A stretch of DNA of 64,000 nt, from IMG/VR virus record IMGVR_UViG_3300023235_000014; one strand, 5' to 3'. The stretch is from a virus. Below are positions 29,235-38,183 of the stretch, one piece after another. Position 1 is the first letter of the stretch. Every line of letters starts with the position of its first letter. The translations under genes and the position numbers were made by a program. The notes under the pieces are model-generated. The model did not search any database, was not told the DNA's origin, and saw only the letters and a program-made list of their open reading frames with translations.

Positions 29235-29375
29235 TAGCTGTCTGACAACCAGGTGTTTTCAATACGACAGATGCTGTTGGCCGAGCAAGCCGAGCAGGAG
29301 CACAGGATGAGGTTGACAGCCTTATGAGGCTGAGGTCTGCGGTCTGGGCCGCTATGCACAGAACATCGAATTAGT

Positions 29376-29426
29376 TCATTATGGGGTTCACTTGTGGGCC
29401 CTATTGTGCTATAATTGGAGAATGGA
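29376..29426 (+). promoter_or_regulatory. Hairpin plus extended -10 promoter-like element (copy 1): ATGGGGT..GGGCCCTAT then TGCTATAATTGGAGAAT
   Basis: TGnTATAAT extended -10, followed by GGAG, then an ATG 5 nt later. Near-duplicate at 29936..29985. Confidence 0.35.
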
Positions 29427-29553
29427 TGAAATGGAAGAAACGGTTTGCTGCAAGTTCTGTAACGAAGAGTGTGATGTCTCCGAAGCACATGTGCATCAAG
29501 AGGAATATGTGGGGGAGTGCTGCTGGGATGAGCGTCTGCGAATGACAGATTAG
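29425..29553 (+). CDS. Very small Cys-rich ORF (43 aa) downstream of promoter-like element copy 1
   Basis: 'MDEMEETVCCKFCNEECDVSEAHVHQEEYVGECCWDERLRMTD'. Below the ORF-track length cutoff, so speculative. Confidence 0.2.
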   Translation, partial: DEMEETVCCKFCNEECDVSEAHVHQEEYVGECCWDERLRMTD

Positions 29554-29931
29554 CTATCTGAATGCATGAACTAGTTCCGCAGATACACTGGAATTCCCGA
29601 CATAAATCCACTCACGTTCCTGGAGGGAATTTGAAGGGTCGATAGGTTTGACGATCCAAGTAACCTTGTGCCTGGCTAACGCCTGTCGAACCTCTTGCAA
29701 CTCATACCAATCTAATTCACCAACGACATCCCCTGCGTCAGGCACACCGAGTTGACCCAACTGTTTAGCGAGATCTAGATCGTCGGATGCAACTAGCTTT
29801 TTCCCCGAAGGATTTTCAACCTTGAAGATGTGTCGGCCCGAACCATACATACGTGCAACTTCAATATCTTCAGCCCAATAGGAGCCGTAGCCGAGCCAAG
29901 GGTCAAGTGTCTGCACCATTCTGAAAAGCAT
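29554..29931 (-). CDS. Hypothetical protein
   Basis: 125-aa ORF. Confidence 0.35.
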   Translation of the reverse strand: MLFRMVQTLDPWLGYGSYWAEDIEVARMYGSGRHIFKVENPSGKKLVASDDLDLAKQLGQLGVPDAGDVVGELDWYELQEVRQALARHKVTWIVKPIDPSNSLQEREWIYVGNSSVSAELVHAFR

Positions 29932-30331
29932 GATCGTAAGTATGGGGTTCCCTTGTAGACCCCATTATGTTATAATTGGAGAATAGAGAAAGAAGACGAG
30001 GTTCCTGATGCCAGGCACGAAAAGCAAGCCGAATCCCGACAAAATCCTGAGCAAGGCGTTCACCCTCAAGGAAGAACTGGAAGATGCCCTTTGTATCGTT
30101 GTCAAGCTCATTGAGATGGCTAACGAGGTCAACATTGAAGAGTGGGGCCAAGAGGTCTGGGAAGAGGAACATCAAACCCTCGTTGGGCCCTGGAGGAGTT
30201 TCCTGGTGTTGATATCCACTTGCGTGGTCCTTAGGTTCACGGAGAACCTTAAGTTGTAACGATTTGCCGTTGATTAGGACGTTCCAGTGTGAGTTAGCCA
30301 TGTTTGTAATTAGGAACTTGCATAACGCCAA
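29903..30331 (-). CDS. DUF192 family protein (paralog of 27649..28008). Its C-terminal tail overlaps copy 2 of the promoter-like repeat
   Basis: 'HWNVLINGKSLQLKVLREPKDHASGYQHQETPPGPNEGLMFLF' aligns to 'HWHIVLNGEPLRVQVLRTPKEHAQGYQHHKMGPGPHSGMLFLW'. Confidence 0.5.
   Translation of the reverse strand: MALCKFLITNMANSHWNVLINGKSLQLKVLREPKDHASGYQHQETPPGPNEGLMFLFPDLLAPLFNVDLVSHLNELDNDTKGIFQFFLEGERLAQDFVGIRLAFRAWHQEPRLLSLFSNYNIMGSTREPHTYDHAFQNGADT
29936..29985 (+). repeat. Hairpin plus extended -10 element (copy 2): ATGGGGTtcccttgtagACCCCAT then TGTTATAATTGGAGAAT
   Basis: About 80% identical to 29376..29426. Perfect 7-bp inverted repeat. Confidence 0.4.
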
Positions 30332-31257
30332 ACAAAGCCACCAGCAGTTTTCCTGTTACCATGACAACATGCAGAAATGTTTGTCCTACTCGTGCCCGTG
30401 CGTTTTTCAGCTTCAATCGTACTTGAAAACGTGTTGATCGTTTCTCCTGTGTCGCAAGACACTTGTAACAGCGTCACATTTTTTCTTTTTTGAGAATAGA
30501 CATACGGTTGAATCTTACTTTTATTGACGTCATACGACCACATAAACCCACCAGCAGATTTACGATTTCCTAGTGCGCAACTTCTAATGCCAGAAATTTT
30601 TGTTTGTCTAGAAGCCTCTGAGGCGCTTTCGTAGGTTTTTATTACGTTGCCGTTTAAATCATACTGGGAAACTTTTTTGGCCAATTTACGGTTTGGAACT
30701 CCTTTAGAAGATAAACTCATTTTTCTTTTCGACTCTTCTGTGTGCTTTCTCCCGTACATGTGGTGGTCTTTCCCAATGCCCCACTGAGGATTGCCTTTGC
30801 CAGATTTGAAATGCAAGTGTGTCTGTTTCTTTTTTGCTTCAGATATCTTTTTGCAGGTTTCTTGTGAGACAACTTTACCCATGTGTGCTTGGCTCATTTT
30901 TCTCTTAGTGTCTTCTGAATGACTTCGGCCCAATGCACTTCCCGCTGTTGGGCATATGTTGTAGCACAACGTCTGATCGTCGTATGACTTGTCAAGATAT
31001 CCCTGTTCCACTAAAACCAAATTTGTCAATTTATCCACACGCTCAACAAGAACCGCACGAAGCACTGCTGTACCATGTTTGTTGACTACGTGTTGCAAGT
31101 ATTGGTTAGGGTGTTTGTTGCGCCTGAGCTTACTCAGATGATCGTTAAAGCGCTTTCGAATACACTTGGCGCTACCAATGTAGAACTTCCCATTCGCTAT
31201 GTTCTCAATGCGATAAATACCTCTGATTCCAAAAACTACTTTTGCCGGGTCATACAT
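30310..31257 (-). CDS. GIY-YIG homing endonuclease with NUMOD3-like repeats
   Basis: 'GIYRIENIANGKFYIGSAKCIRKRFNDH...VLVE'. Repeated 'HTEESKRKMS' basic helices. Confidence 0.8.
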   Translation of the reverse strand: MYDPAKVVFGIRGIYRIENIANGKFYIGSAKCIRKRFNDHLSKLRRNKHPNQYLQHVVNKHGTAVLRAVLVERVDKLTNLVLVEQGYLDKSYDDQTLCYNICPTAGSALGRSHSEDTKRKMSQAHMGKVVSQETCKKISEAKKKQTHLHFKSGKGNPQWGIGKDHHMYGRKHTEESKRKMSLSSKGVPNRKLAKKVSQYDLNGNVIKTYESASEASRQTKISGIRSCALGNRKSAGGFMWSYDVNKSKIQPYVYSQKRKNVTLLQVSCDTGETINTFSSTIEAEKRTGTSRTNISACCHGNRKTAGGFVWRYASS

Positions 31258-31354
31258 ATCTAACAGTATACCCGCTTGCAGTAACTTTTTAAACAGATGG
31301 CTGTGGAAACTGCCAGCAGCACATATTTACTAATAAGAAATCAAGGGCAACAAG

Positions 31355-31846
31355 ATGGCAGATACACTCTCGGTAACAGATATGTTGCCAACTAAATTTG
31401 AACCGATTACCAAGCGACGCTTCCTGCTCGCTATCGAGGGCATTGACTCATTCATCGTTAAGAGTGCTGCTCGTCCCACCTACAACACCGAAGAAGTCAC
31501 CATCAACTGGATCAACTCAACTCGCTACGTTGCTGGCAAGACTACCTTCAACACCATCTCGGTGACGCTGCACGATCCAATCGCACCAGCTGGCGCACAG
31601 CAGGTCATGGAATGGATTCGTCTTTGCTTCGAGTCCGTCTCAGGTCGTGGCGGTTACGCTGACTTCTACAAGCGTGACATCCAACTCAAGATGCTAGACC
31701 CCGTTGGTACAGTCGTTCAACTCTGGGACATCAAAGGTGCCTTCATCACAGAAGCTAACTTCAATGATGTCTCCTATGACTCAACCGCTGACCTCGCAGA
31801 AATCGCATTGACTATAAGATTCGATAACGCAGTTTTACAATATTGA
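31355..31846 (+). CDS. Tail tube protein, T4 gp19-like
   Basis: 'KSAARPTYNTEEVTINWINSTRYVAGKTTFNTISVTLHDP' vs gp19 'KATALPAGIVEKIPVGFMNRKINVAGDRTFDDWTVTVMND'. Confidence 0.6.
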   Translation: MADTLSVTDMLPTKFEPITKRRFLLAIEGIDSFIVKSAARPTYNTEEVTINWINSTRYVAGKTTFNTISVTLHDPIAPAGAQQVMEWIRLCFESVSGRGGYADFYKRDIQLKMLDPVGTVVQLWDIKGAFITEANFNDVSYDSTADLAEIALTIRFDNAVLQY

Positions 31847-31943
31847 TCAAGTTGCTACCATTTGGTTGCTGTCCAACTAACGCTTTATCAAAATACATCC
31901 TTAGACATCCGAGCTATACTCTAATAGAAAGAGAGTGTGGCTC

Positions 31944-32792
31944 ATGTCATTTAAGTGCCCAAATTGTGTCAAGCAGTACGATACCTTGCAGTCCTTAATT
32001 CGTCATTGGACGAGAGGCCACAAGGAAAAATCAGAGACCCTTTACCAAATCTTGAATGGGCTTGATGGTCCACAAGTATGTGCTTGCGGCTGCGGGGAGG
32101 AAACCAAGTTCCTTGATGCAGGCCGTGGTTACTCTGAATATAGATGGGGTCATAAAGCCAAGGTAAAAGGCCAAAACAATTTTCAGAAGAATGGCGGCTT
32201 CAAAAAATCACTTGAAACTCGTCGCAAGATGTTTGTCGAAGGCGAACTCCAAATTTGGAATAAAGGCGAAACCAAAGAAACACATTCATCTGTAGCCCAA
32301 TATGGAAAAAATGGCTCTAAAACCATCAAAGGAAATCCCAAAGAATTGAAACGTCGTAGTGAACGTTTACACAAAGGTAGACTTAATGGAACAGTGCGTA
32401 GTCTATATGGTCCAGAGCATTCACAGTGGAATGGTGGTACATCTACATTGCGAGGCCTGTTGATAGGAAGCACAAAGCTTTACCATGCATGGAAGTTTCC
32501 TAAACTATCTGCTGCCAATTTTACCTGTGAGGAATGCGACGCAAAAAATGTTTCATTGCATGTTCACCATGACACTACAACAATGAGTGAAATTCTTAAA
32601 ATTGTAGCAGACAACAACAAACTAAGTGAAATGTTTAACAAACCAACTTCTGCTGTTCCTAAAAAGGTGTTGGCAATAAAGTCTAAGTTAATCGATGAAG
32701 TGACAGACTACCATGTTCAGAACAACGTTTCTGGCGTTGTCTTATGCAAGGACTGTCACGGCAAAGAGCACGGCAATCTTAATTTCAAGTAA
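31944..32792 (+). CDS. HNH homing endonuclease with N-terminal C2H2 zinc finger and NUMOD-like repeats
   Basis: 'FKCPNCVKQYDTLQSLIRHWTRGH' (C2H2). 'LHVHHD...VVLCKDCHGKEHGNL' (HNH). The ATG at 31944 is preceded by AGAAAGAGAG. Confidence 0.7.
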   Translation: MSFKCPNCVKQYDTLQSLIRHWTRGHKEKSETLYQILNGLDGPQVCACGCGEETKFLDAGRGYSEYRWGHKAKVKGQNNFQKNGGFKKSLETRRKMFVEGELQIWNKGETKETHSSVAQYGKNGSKTIKGNPKELKRRSERLHKGRLNGTVRSLYGPEHSQWNGGTSTLRGLLIGSTKLYHAWKFPKLSAANFTCEECDAKNVSLHVHHDTTTMSEILKIVADNNKLSEMFNKPTSAVPKKVLAIKSKLIDEVTDYHVQNNVSGVVLCKDCHGKEHGNLNFK

Positions 32793-32963
32793 CGCCCTAT
32801 TGCAGCGGTTTGTAATACAAGCTAATATTTACGATTATGTCCACCATCACACAAGAACGAAACATTGTTAAGGGCTTACTTCTAAAGGCGATCAAAACAT
32901 TGTCAAAAGTCTCAATGGCTCAACTTTGCTCAATTACAAATAACTTCGCTATTTAAGCATGCT

Positions 32964-34337
32964 ATGGTAGGTCTGGGCCCATTTTATCACGGAACCAATT
33001 CGAAGTTCGACTTTAAGAAAGATTTCGATTTCGCAAAGGGTGTTGGTGCCATTTACATGTTCGCCAACAGGAACATCGAAGGCGGGGCCGCTTACGCACG
33101 TTACGTGGGCAAGGATTTTGGGCAAGACAATGCCTATCTCTACGAGGTATTTCTCAAGCCATCAACGAAGATAGTTGACCTTACTCAGTGGAATGAGGAA
33201 ACACAGGAGTTGGCAGCCCTTCTGGACTCTGATGAGGAACTCGGTCGCCTGGCTGGTGGTGGTATTGGGGAACATCGCTATCAAAACAAAGAGCGTTGGA
33301 AAGCATTTGCCCACTGCACTGATGAGTTTGACATGCCTTGCGTGTTTGACGTGTTAGATTACAACGAAGGACTATTTGAAGCCTTGCGTGCGCTGGGTGT
33401 CGACGGGCTATACTTTGTTGATGGATTAGACGAAATCAAAAAAGACATTCCAGATTCCAACGTTCCTGCTGTAGCTTTATTCAGTACGGATGTCATTGAC
33501 AGAGTTGAGGTTTATGAAGTTGAGACGTATGGAGACAGCATCAAGAAGATCTCTGAGGCATCGAATCTTCATAGACTAGTTGAGTCCGTACTTGCAGAAG
33601 TTTTTGATGAGTTTGTTCTTGAGCAGGATTTTTTCACTAAAGAACAGCAGGAGATCAAATTTAAGATTCACGAGCAAAGTCCTAAGGAAAACGACCAGCT
33701 AGGTAGAGGTTGGGTTGTTCATTTGATTGAGGCGTTTGTTGATGGTGAAGTAGTTGGGTCTATCAAGATAAGTTATATTCCAGAAGAGAGATTCTTCAAT
33801 GAGTATCCAAGCATCCTTCATTACATTGACAAGATTGACGGAAGCATTCTTCCGAATGTCGATCCCAGTTTGCCTGGTCCAGATAATTTCAAGAAGCTTT
33901 CACTGAAAAATCAGATTCTTGTACTTGATAGTCTGTCGTCGGGTGGATATAGGTATTATGGCTCACGTGAATCCGAAAAACTTGATACGATGTCTGACGA
34001 TGAGTTAAAGGACTTGCGTAAAAATTTCCTCAAGGCAATAACGTCCAAATATCGTGACAGGTTTAAAGATTTCAAGGAATTTCATGTTGACAAGCCTCTC
34101 GTTGATTACATCCATGTTGAAGAAGATTACCAAAGAAAGCGCATAGGAGCTGCTTTATACGAGAAGGCTGCACGTTGGCTCGGTGAAACCAAGGGATTGA
34201 AGTTGTACGCTTCAGGAATTCAATCAACGCAAGCCAAAGGGGCTTGGAAGTGGCTTCAGCAAAATAAGGGTGCCAACATTGGCTCTGAACAATACGAAAA
34301 TCGGGACCGAATTTTCCTAACTTTCGTAGGGAACTAA
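32964..34337 (+). CDS. 'YHGT'-family (H-Y-E ART-like) domain fused to a C-terminal GNAT acetyltransferase domain
   Basis: 'FYHGTNSKFDFKKDFDFAKGVGAIYMFAN...AYLYEVFL'. C-terminal 'VDYIHVEEDYQRKRIGAALYEKAARWL' is GNAT motif A. Confidence 0.4.
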   Translation: MVGLGPFYHGTNSKFDFKKDFDFAKGVGAIYMFANRNIEGGAAYARYVGKDFGQDNAYLYEVFLKPSTKIVDLTQWNEETQELAALLDSDEELGRLAGGGIGEHRYQNKERWKAFAHCTDEFDMPCVFDVLDYNEGLFEALRALGVDGLYFVDGLDEIKKDIPDSNVPAVALFSTDVIDRVEVYEVETYGDSIKKISEASNLHRLVESVLAEVFDEFVLEQDFFTKEQQEIKFKIHEQSPKENDQLGRGWVVHLIEAFVDGEVVGSIKISYIPEERFFNEYPSILHYIDKIDGSILPNVDPSLPGPDNFKKLSLKNQILVLDSLSSGGYRYYGSRESEKLDTMSDDELKDLRKNFLKAITSKYRDRFKDFKEFHVDKPLVDYIHVEEDYQRKRIGAALYEKAARWLGETKGLKLYASGIQSTQAKGAWKWLQQNKGANIGSEQYENRDRIFLTFVGN

Positions 34338-34342
34338 AATAC

Positions 34343-34837
34343 ATGAGTATTGAATTAGACATAGAGATTGGTGACATTGTCCTAACGGGCAAGTTTAAAA
34401 ACAAGCGAACGACAGTCAAATCCATTGGGAAAGACGAGCTTGGGCAACCAACTATCAACGGGAAGCCGCTACTTAAACTTCGTATTGAGAAGCTTCTACC
34501 GAAAGAAAAGCAGAGCAAGGAAACAAGAGGGCAAATGAAAGAGTTTAGCAGTAAGAGATTCAAGGAATTGGCAGGATTAATAACTGAGAGCAAATATGCT
34601 ATTGGTCCAGCGAACAATTCTTCCAGGTGGTTTAAAGGCGAGATGCAGCAAGTCGCAGCTGAAAGGGTTGCAGATGCTGTTCGTGAGTTGCTTGAAAGCC
34701 TTGAAGACGCCTTTGAGGATGGTGTTCTTGGGCGGTCAGATGCAGATTCACTGAAGAAGTATTTATCTCAGACAACTATTCAAATTGATATGATTGACAA
34801 CATGATTGATGCTGTAGCCGAAGAGCAGGGCTTCTAA
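34343..34837 (+). CDS. Hypothetical protein with an internal type-B motif (aa 69-82 'SKRFKELAGLITE') after a 68-aa N-terminal module
   Basis: Motif seen directly. A possible internal start at the 'MKEFSSKRF' ATG. Confidence 0.4.
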   Translation: MSIELDIEIGDIVLTGKFKNKRTTVKSIGKDELGQPTINGKPLLKLRIEKLLPKEKQSKETRGQMKEFSSKRFKELAGLITESKYAIGPANNSSRWFKGEMQQVAAERVADAVRELLESLEDAFEDGVLGRSDADSLKKYLSQTTIQIDMIDNMIDAVAEEQGF

Positions 34838-34848
34838 ACCATTAAGCT

Positions 34849-35598
34849 ATGTCCAACCTCACTAAATTGATTCAATCGATACTCACGGAAGTGCTAAAGG
34901 AACTTGCTCCAGAGGCTCCAGAGGATGCACCATTCGGGCAGTACCTCTTTGCACCTGACCGTAAGGACTTAGCAGGCGAGGAGAAAAAAGAATCCAACAC
35001 GGATGCTGAGATGCATTTTAGAGACGCCTTATTCGACCACTATCTAGGCGACTCTTATTTGCTTGGCACACTCGCCCAAAAAGTGAAAGCCATGGTTGAC
35101 AAGGGTTGGTACACCAAAATCCTTGCAGCACCCGAGACGACTGTTTATCGATGGATCTCGGATGTAAGCATGGAGGCCGCCGCCAACATGCTAAAGACGT
35201 CTGTGGAAGACCTAGAAGAGTCAGCTGGGCGAGCGACAAAGTATGGGCCTGGGGTGATGGTACCAGGAGGTATTATTGGTGCCGATTCTAAAATCCATTC
35301 ATGGACGACGAAGCTAGACGAAGAGTGGATTTTGGCCGACTTGCAGCCGCCGCCATTGCAGCCAGGTCAAACTGCTATGATTCTTGTGGCGAGGACGTCT
35401 AGGAGGAACTTCTTCATCAACCCAAAGGGCATCGCAGACGTTGAGAGAATGCCAAGGTATGCGTACTATCAGGATGAGGTCATCTCCCATGGTCCGATTG
35501 AATTTGAAACAGCTTGTGTTCTAAGCAACAGTAAGCACAGCAAAGAGAGAATCAAAGGCAACGACGCTCTCTACCAGTTGATAGAATCGATGGAATAG
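34849..35598 (+). CDS. Putative R-S-E ART-like protein ('APxDAPFG' family member 2)
   Basis: N-terminal 'LIQSILTEVLKELAPEAPEDAPFGQYLFAP' parallels the 28038 gene. Candidate R ('TVYRWIS'), S-x-T ('HSWTTK') and ExE ('IEFETACVL'). Confidence 0.35.
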   Translation: MSNLTKLIQSILTEVLKELAPEAPEDAPFGQYLFAPDRKDLAGEEKKESNTDAEMHFRDALFDHYLGDSYLLGTLAQKVKAMVDKGWYTKILAAPETTVYRWISDVSMEAAANMLKTSVEDLEESAGRATKYGPGVMVPGGIIGADSKIHSWTTKLDEEWILADLQPPPLQPGQTAMILVARTSRRNFFINPKGIADVERMPRYAYYQDEVISHGPIEFETACVLSNSKHSKERIKGNDALYQLIESME

Positions 35599-35687
35599 CT
35601 GCTACACTGTGACTAGTCCTCGGTCTGTGGGTATTATCTCTACTGTGTCCTGGTTGAAACTCATGCAGTCCTCAAAGGCCAAATTAG

Positions 35688-35780
35688 TGAAGCTGTGGCC
35701 GAACATCATGTTGCAAATAAGGTTTCAGGCAAAGTGTTGTGTGTGAAGTGTCACGATAAAGAACATCACCACCTCAAGGT
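35688..35780 (+). pseudogene. Remnant 3' end of an HNH endonuclease gene: a duplicate of the end of the 31944..32792 gene
   Basis: Encodes '...EHHVANKVSGKVLCVKCHDKEHHHLKV' vs 'DYHVQNNVSGVVLCKDCHGKEHGNLNFK'. The DNA similarity continues through 'atatttacgactatg' to the next start codon. Confidence 0.6.
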
Positions 35781-35807
35781 TTGCAGTACAAGCCCATATT
35801 TACGACT

Positions 35808-36233
35808 ATGACTGGCTTTACAAGCAAACGATTCAAAGAACTTGCAGGTTTACTCACTGAAGCTGATGCACACGAAGAGTCAATGCCAGAAAAGATCACT
35901 CTCTATCACGGGACCACTCCTGAGAGTGCTGAAAGTTTGATGAGCAACGGCTGGGAACCTGGGAGTGGATACACAGGTGGCCAAATGGGGCAGACACGAT
36001 ATTTGTACCTCACCTCGTTCCCAGAGAACGCATCTTGGTATGCTGAAGAGAAGGGTTCTAGCACGGTGTTGGCTGTTGAAGTAAGCAAGTCAGATTTGAT
36101 TGTTGACCCAGAGGATGGTGTTGGTGATACTTTGGATGATGAGTGGATAAACATGACTCAGTATAAGATGCCAGCAAACTTTGCCTTGAAGAGACCATTG
36201 CCTGGCTCAGCTTTCACGTTGCACAACTCATGA
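35808..36233 (+). CDS. 'YHGT'-family ART-like protein with a type-B N-terminal propeptide
   Basis: 'MTGFTSKRFKELAGLLTEADAHEE' then 'ITLYHGTTPESAESLMSNGW', 'RYLYLTSFPENASWYA', 'LAVEV'. Confidence 0.45.
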   Translation: MTGFTSKRFKELAGLLTEADAHEESMPEKITLYHGTTPESAESLMSNGWEPGSGYTGGQMGQTRYLYLTSFPENASWYAEEKGSSTVLAVEVSKSDLIVDPEDGVGDTLDDEWINMTQYKMPANFALKRPLPGSAFTLHNS

Positions 36234-36296
36234 GTCATTCGGTTCCTACTTTGCAATCAAGCCTGGCTATTCGTCAGGCTTTTGCTATTTAAGTCT

Positions 36297-36888
36297 ATGA
36301 AGTTATACCACGGTACTTCAAGTAAACGACTTGAAGATTTCGAAAACTCCTGAAGAAGCCTATCAAGAAAGCTATGATGAGTGGTTTGAGAAAATCCGAA
36401 TGAGTTATGAAGCCAGCGGCAAGGATTTTTCGGAAGAGGAAGTTTCTGAAATAGCAGGCTCGTTGGCAGTAGGAAGTCGTAAGCACCAAGAAGGTGCCTT
36501 AGGTAAGCCACGTAAGTTAGCTGAAAAGCGTTTTGAAAGTATGGCTGACCGTGCACGAAGCAATTCAATGTTCAAAACCATGACACAGTCAGATGGTGAA
36601 GTGATCTACCGTATCACCAGGGAGCTGTCTGATACTTCTAGAGCTTGGTCAATTTTGTTGTCAAAAATGGGGTATGATGGCGTGTACGATGATGGAACTG
36701 CCAGCATCTATTACGGTCAAGAAGCCGATCAGCTCGTACTGTTTAGAACACGTCCTATTCAAGAGCTGGGCACCTTTTCTAGCGCTACAAGGCCCAAGAA
36801 CAAGAGCCTGGAAAAAAACCTGGGCAGGGTCTTGCGTGCGGAGGCAAGTAGTAAGTCAAAATACAGTCTTGCCAAGCTTTTCGGCTAA
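36297..36888 (+). pseudogene. 'YHGT'-family gene with a +1 frameshift after codon 17 at the 'gaaaact' A-run; the downstream part carries a 'GYDGVYDDG' motif
   Basis: 'MKLYHGTSSKRLEDFENS*'. Removing one A gives a continuous '...EDFETPEEAYQESYDEW...' The ORF track's 36331 ORF is the continuation. Confidence 0.45.
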
Positions 36889-37016
36889 CAAGCCCAGGTT
36901 GCCTTGTGCGGCCTTTGTTTTTTTCGGCTACTAGGCTCCGTTTTTCTTTTCAAAAGCTCACAGGAATACTCTAAAAACGTTTGGTCTGTGTTTTCAGGCA
37001 GGAGAACTGAACTGGT

Positions 37017-37568
37017 GTGTTTGGAAGCCAAGAGCTACTTATTCCCATGAGGATGCCATCAAAGAAGCTTGCACGTATTACAGGCAACACCATAGGAGTC
37101 GACTGGGACAAGATCGATATTGATGAATTCCGTGCTGGCTTAAAAGTTGAGTTAGAACACGGGTCAAAACTTGGGTCTAAAACCAATGTTACAAAGGATG
37201 ACCTGGTTACGACAGGTAGGATTGCTCTGGCGCACCTTGAAGAGATTCCCGACTATTATTCACGGCTCAAGGACATGGAGTCACAGGCTCGCAAAGAAAA
37301 CCAGCTTAAAGAAGGCGAGGTCACTGATCTCGCTGCCTTTCGGAAGCAAAAGCAAGATGACGAGGACTATTACAACATTGTTATCGTTTCACATAATGGC
37401 AAGTACGTATTCGATGTAGGAGAAGTTGTTATTGCCGAACTAACCCACCGTGACCAAGCAGACGCCTTGGCTGACGGCAACTTGGATGCAGCCGTTAGAC
37501 GTGGTGCCGAGGTATTGCCTATTTCAACCACCCTCTTTGAGAAATATCGGAAGTGGCAGAAGGAATAA
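37017..37568 (+). CDS. Hypothetical protein
   Basis: 183-aa ORF. 'VDWDKIDIDEFRAGLKVELEHG'. Confidence 0.4.
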   Translation: MFGSQELLIPMRMPSKKLARITGNTIGVDWDKIDIDEFRAGLKVELEHGSKLGSKTNVTKDDLVTTGRIALAHLEEIPDYYSRLKDMESQARKENQLKEGEVTDLAAFRKQKQDDEDYYNIVIVSHNGKYVFDVGEVVIAELTHRDQADALADGNLDAAVRRGAEVLPISTTLFEKYRKWQKE

Positions 37569-37589
37569 TTTTCTAAGCCTACAAAAAAG

Positions 37590-37618
37590 AAAAGCCGCTC
37601 TAAGGTGGCTTTTTCAAT
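37590..37618. terminator. Bidirectional hairpin terminator between convergent genes
   Basis: AAAGCCGCtctaagGTGGCTTTTT, with T/A runs on both sides. Confidence 0.5.
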
Positions 37619-37634
37619 TTGGAATTTGTGACCG

Positions 37635-38066
37635 TCAGTCAGCAGTCTCCTCTTCACTTGGTGCTCGACACTCCTCAAATGTGCCCACAGAACGATCGAG
37701 TCTCGGGAAACAACCGTCAGCGCATGTCCAACATCCTGTATCCTCGGCCAAGCCATTGTCATCTTCCACCCAAAGAAGAGTATTGCACTGACTTACTGTG
37801 CCACAGGTATCGTAAGTGGCAAGTGCACTTCTAAAACACATGGAGTTGCATGCGATTTCTTCACCACGAGCACGAACATCACACATTGTCTCCACTACGT
37901 CCCCACGGATTACTGTGGTATCAGCATCAAACCAACAGCCTCCGACTGCGTCATAGTTGTATGGTCCTCGGGTTACCCAGTCATAGGTAACTTGGTCTTC
38001 ACCTTCCATACATCCAACTAGTGGCATGGCGGTTAGCAGGGCAAAAATAGCAATTGTCTTTTTCAT
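37635..38066 (-). CDS. Secreted Cys-rich lipoprotein
   Basis: 'MKKTIAIFALLTAMPLVGC' is a signal peptide with an L-V-G-C lipobox. About 12 Cys in the mature part. Confidence 0.6.
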   Translation of the reverse strand: MKKTIAIFALLTAMPLVGCMEGEDQVTYDWVTRGPYNYDAVGGCWFDADTTVIRGDVVETMCDVRARGEEIACNSMCFRSALATYDTCGTVSQCNTLLWVEDDNGLAEDTGCWTCADGCFPRLDRSVGTFEECRAPSEEETAD

Positions 38067-38117
38067 CTGTTCCTCAGTCTTCCTTTCTATCCTATATGAC
38101 GTTACAAGCTTTGTTTA

Positions 38118-38160
38118 ACCTTTTCTTAAAGGACAAAAGCCGCCTTTTAGGCGGCTTTTG
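38118..38160 (-). terminator. Rho-independent terminator downstream of the MVP-like gene
   Basis: AAAGCCGCC-TTTTA-GGCGGCTTTT. Essentially the same hairpin as at 16141. A T-rich tract follows on the minus strand. Confidence 0.7.
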
Positions 38161-38183
38161 TCGGTTAGGCTATAACTTCCTTA

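Noticed and set aside
30008-30259. Plus-strand 83-aa ORF after copy 2 of the promoter-like element
   Set aside because: It lies antisense inside the DUF192 paralog, which has clear homology to 27649..28008. Kept only as a note.
36889-36960. Possible terminator 'gccttgtgcggcctttgttttttt' after 36297..36888
   Set aside because: A T-run is present but I could not find a convincing stem.
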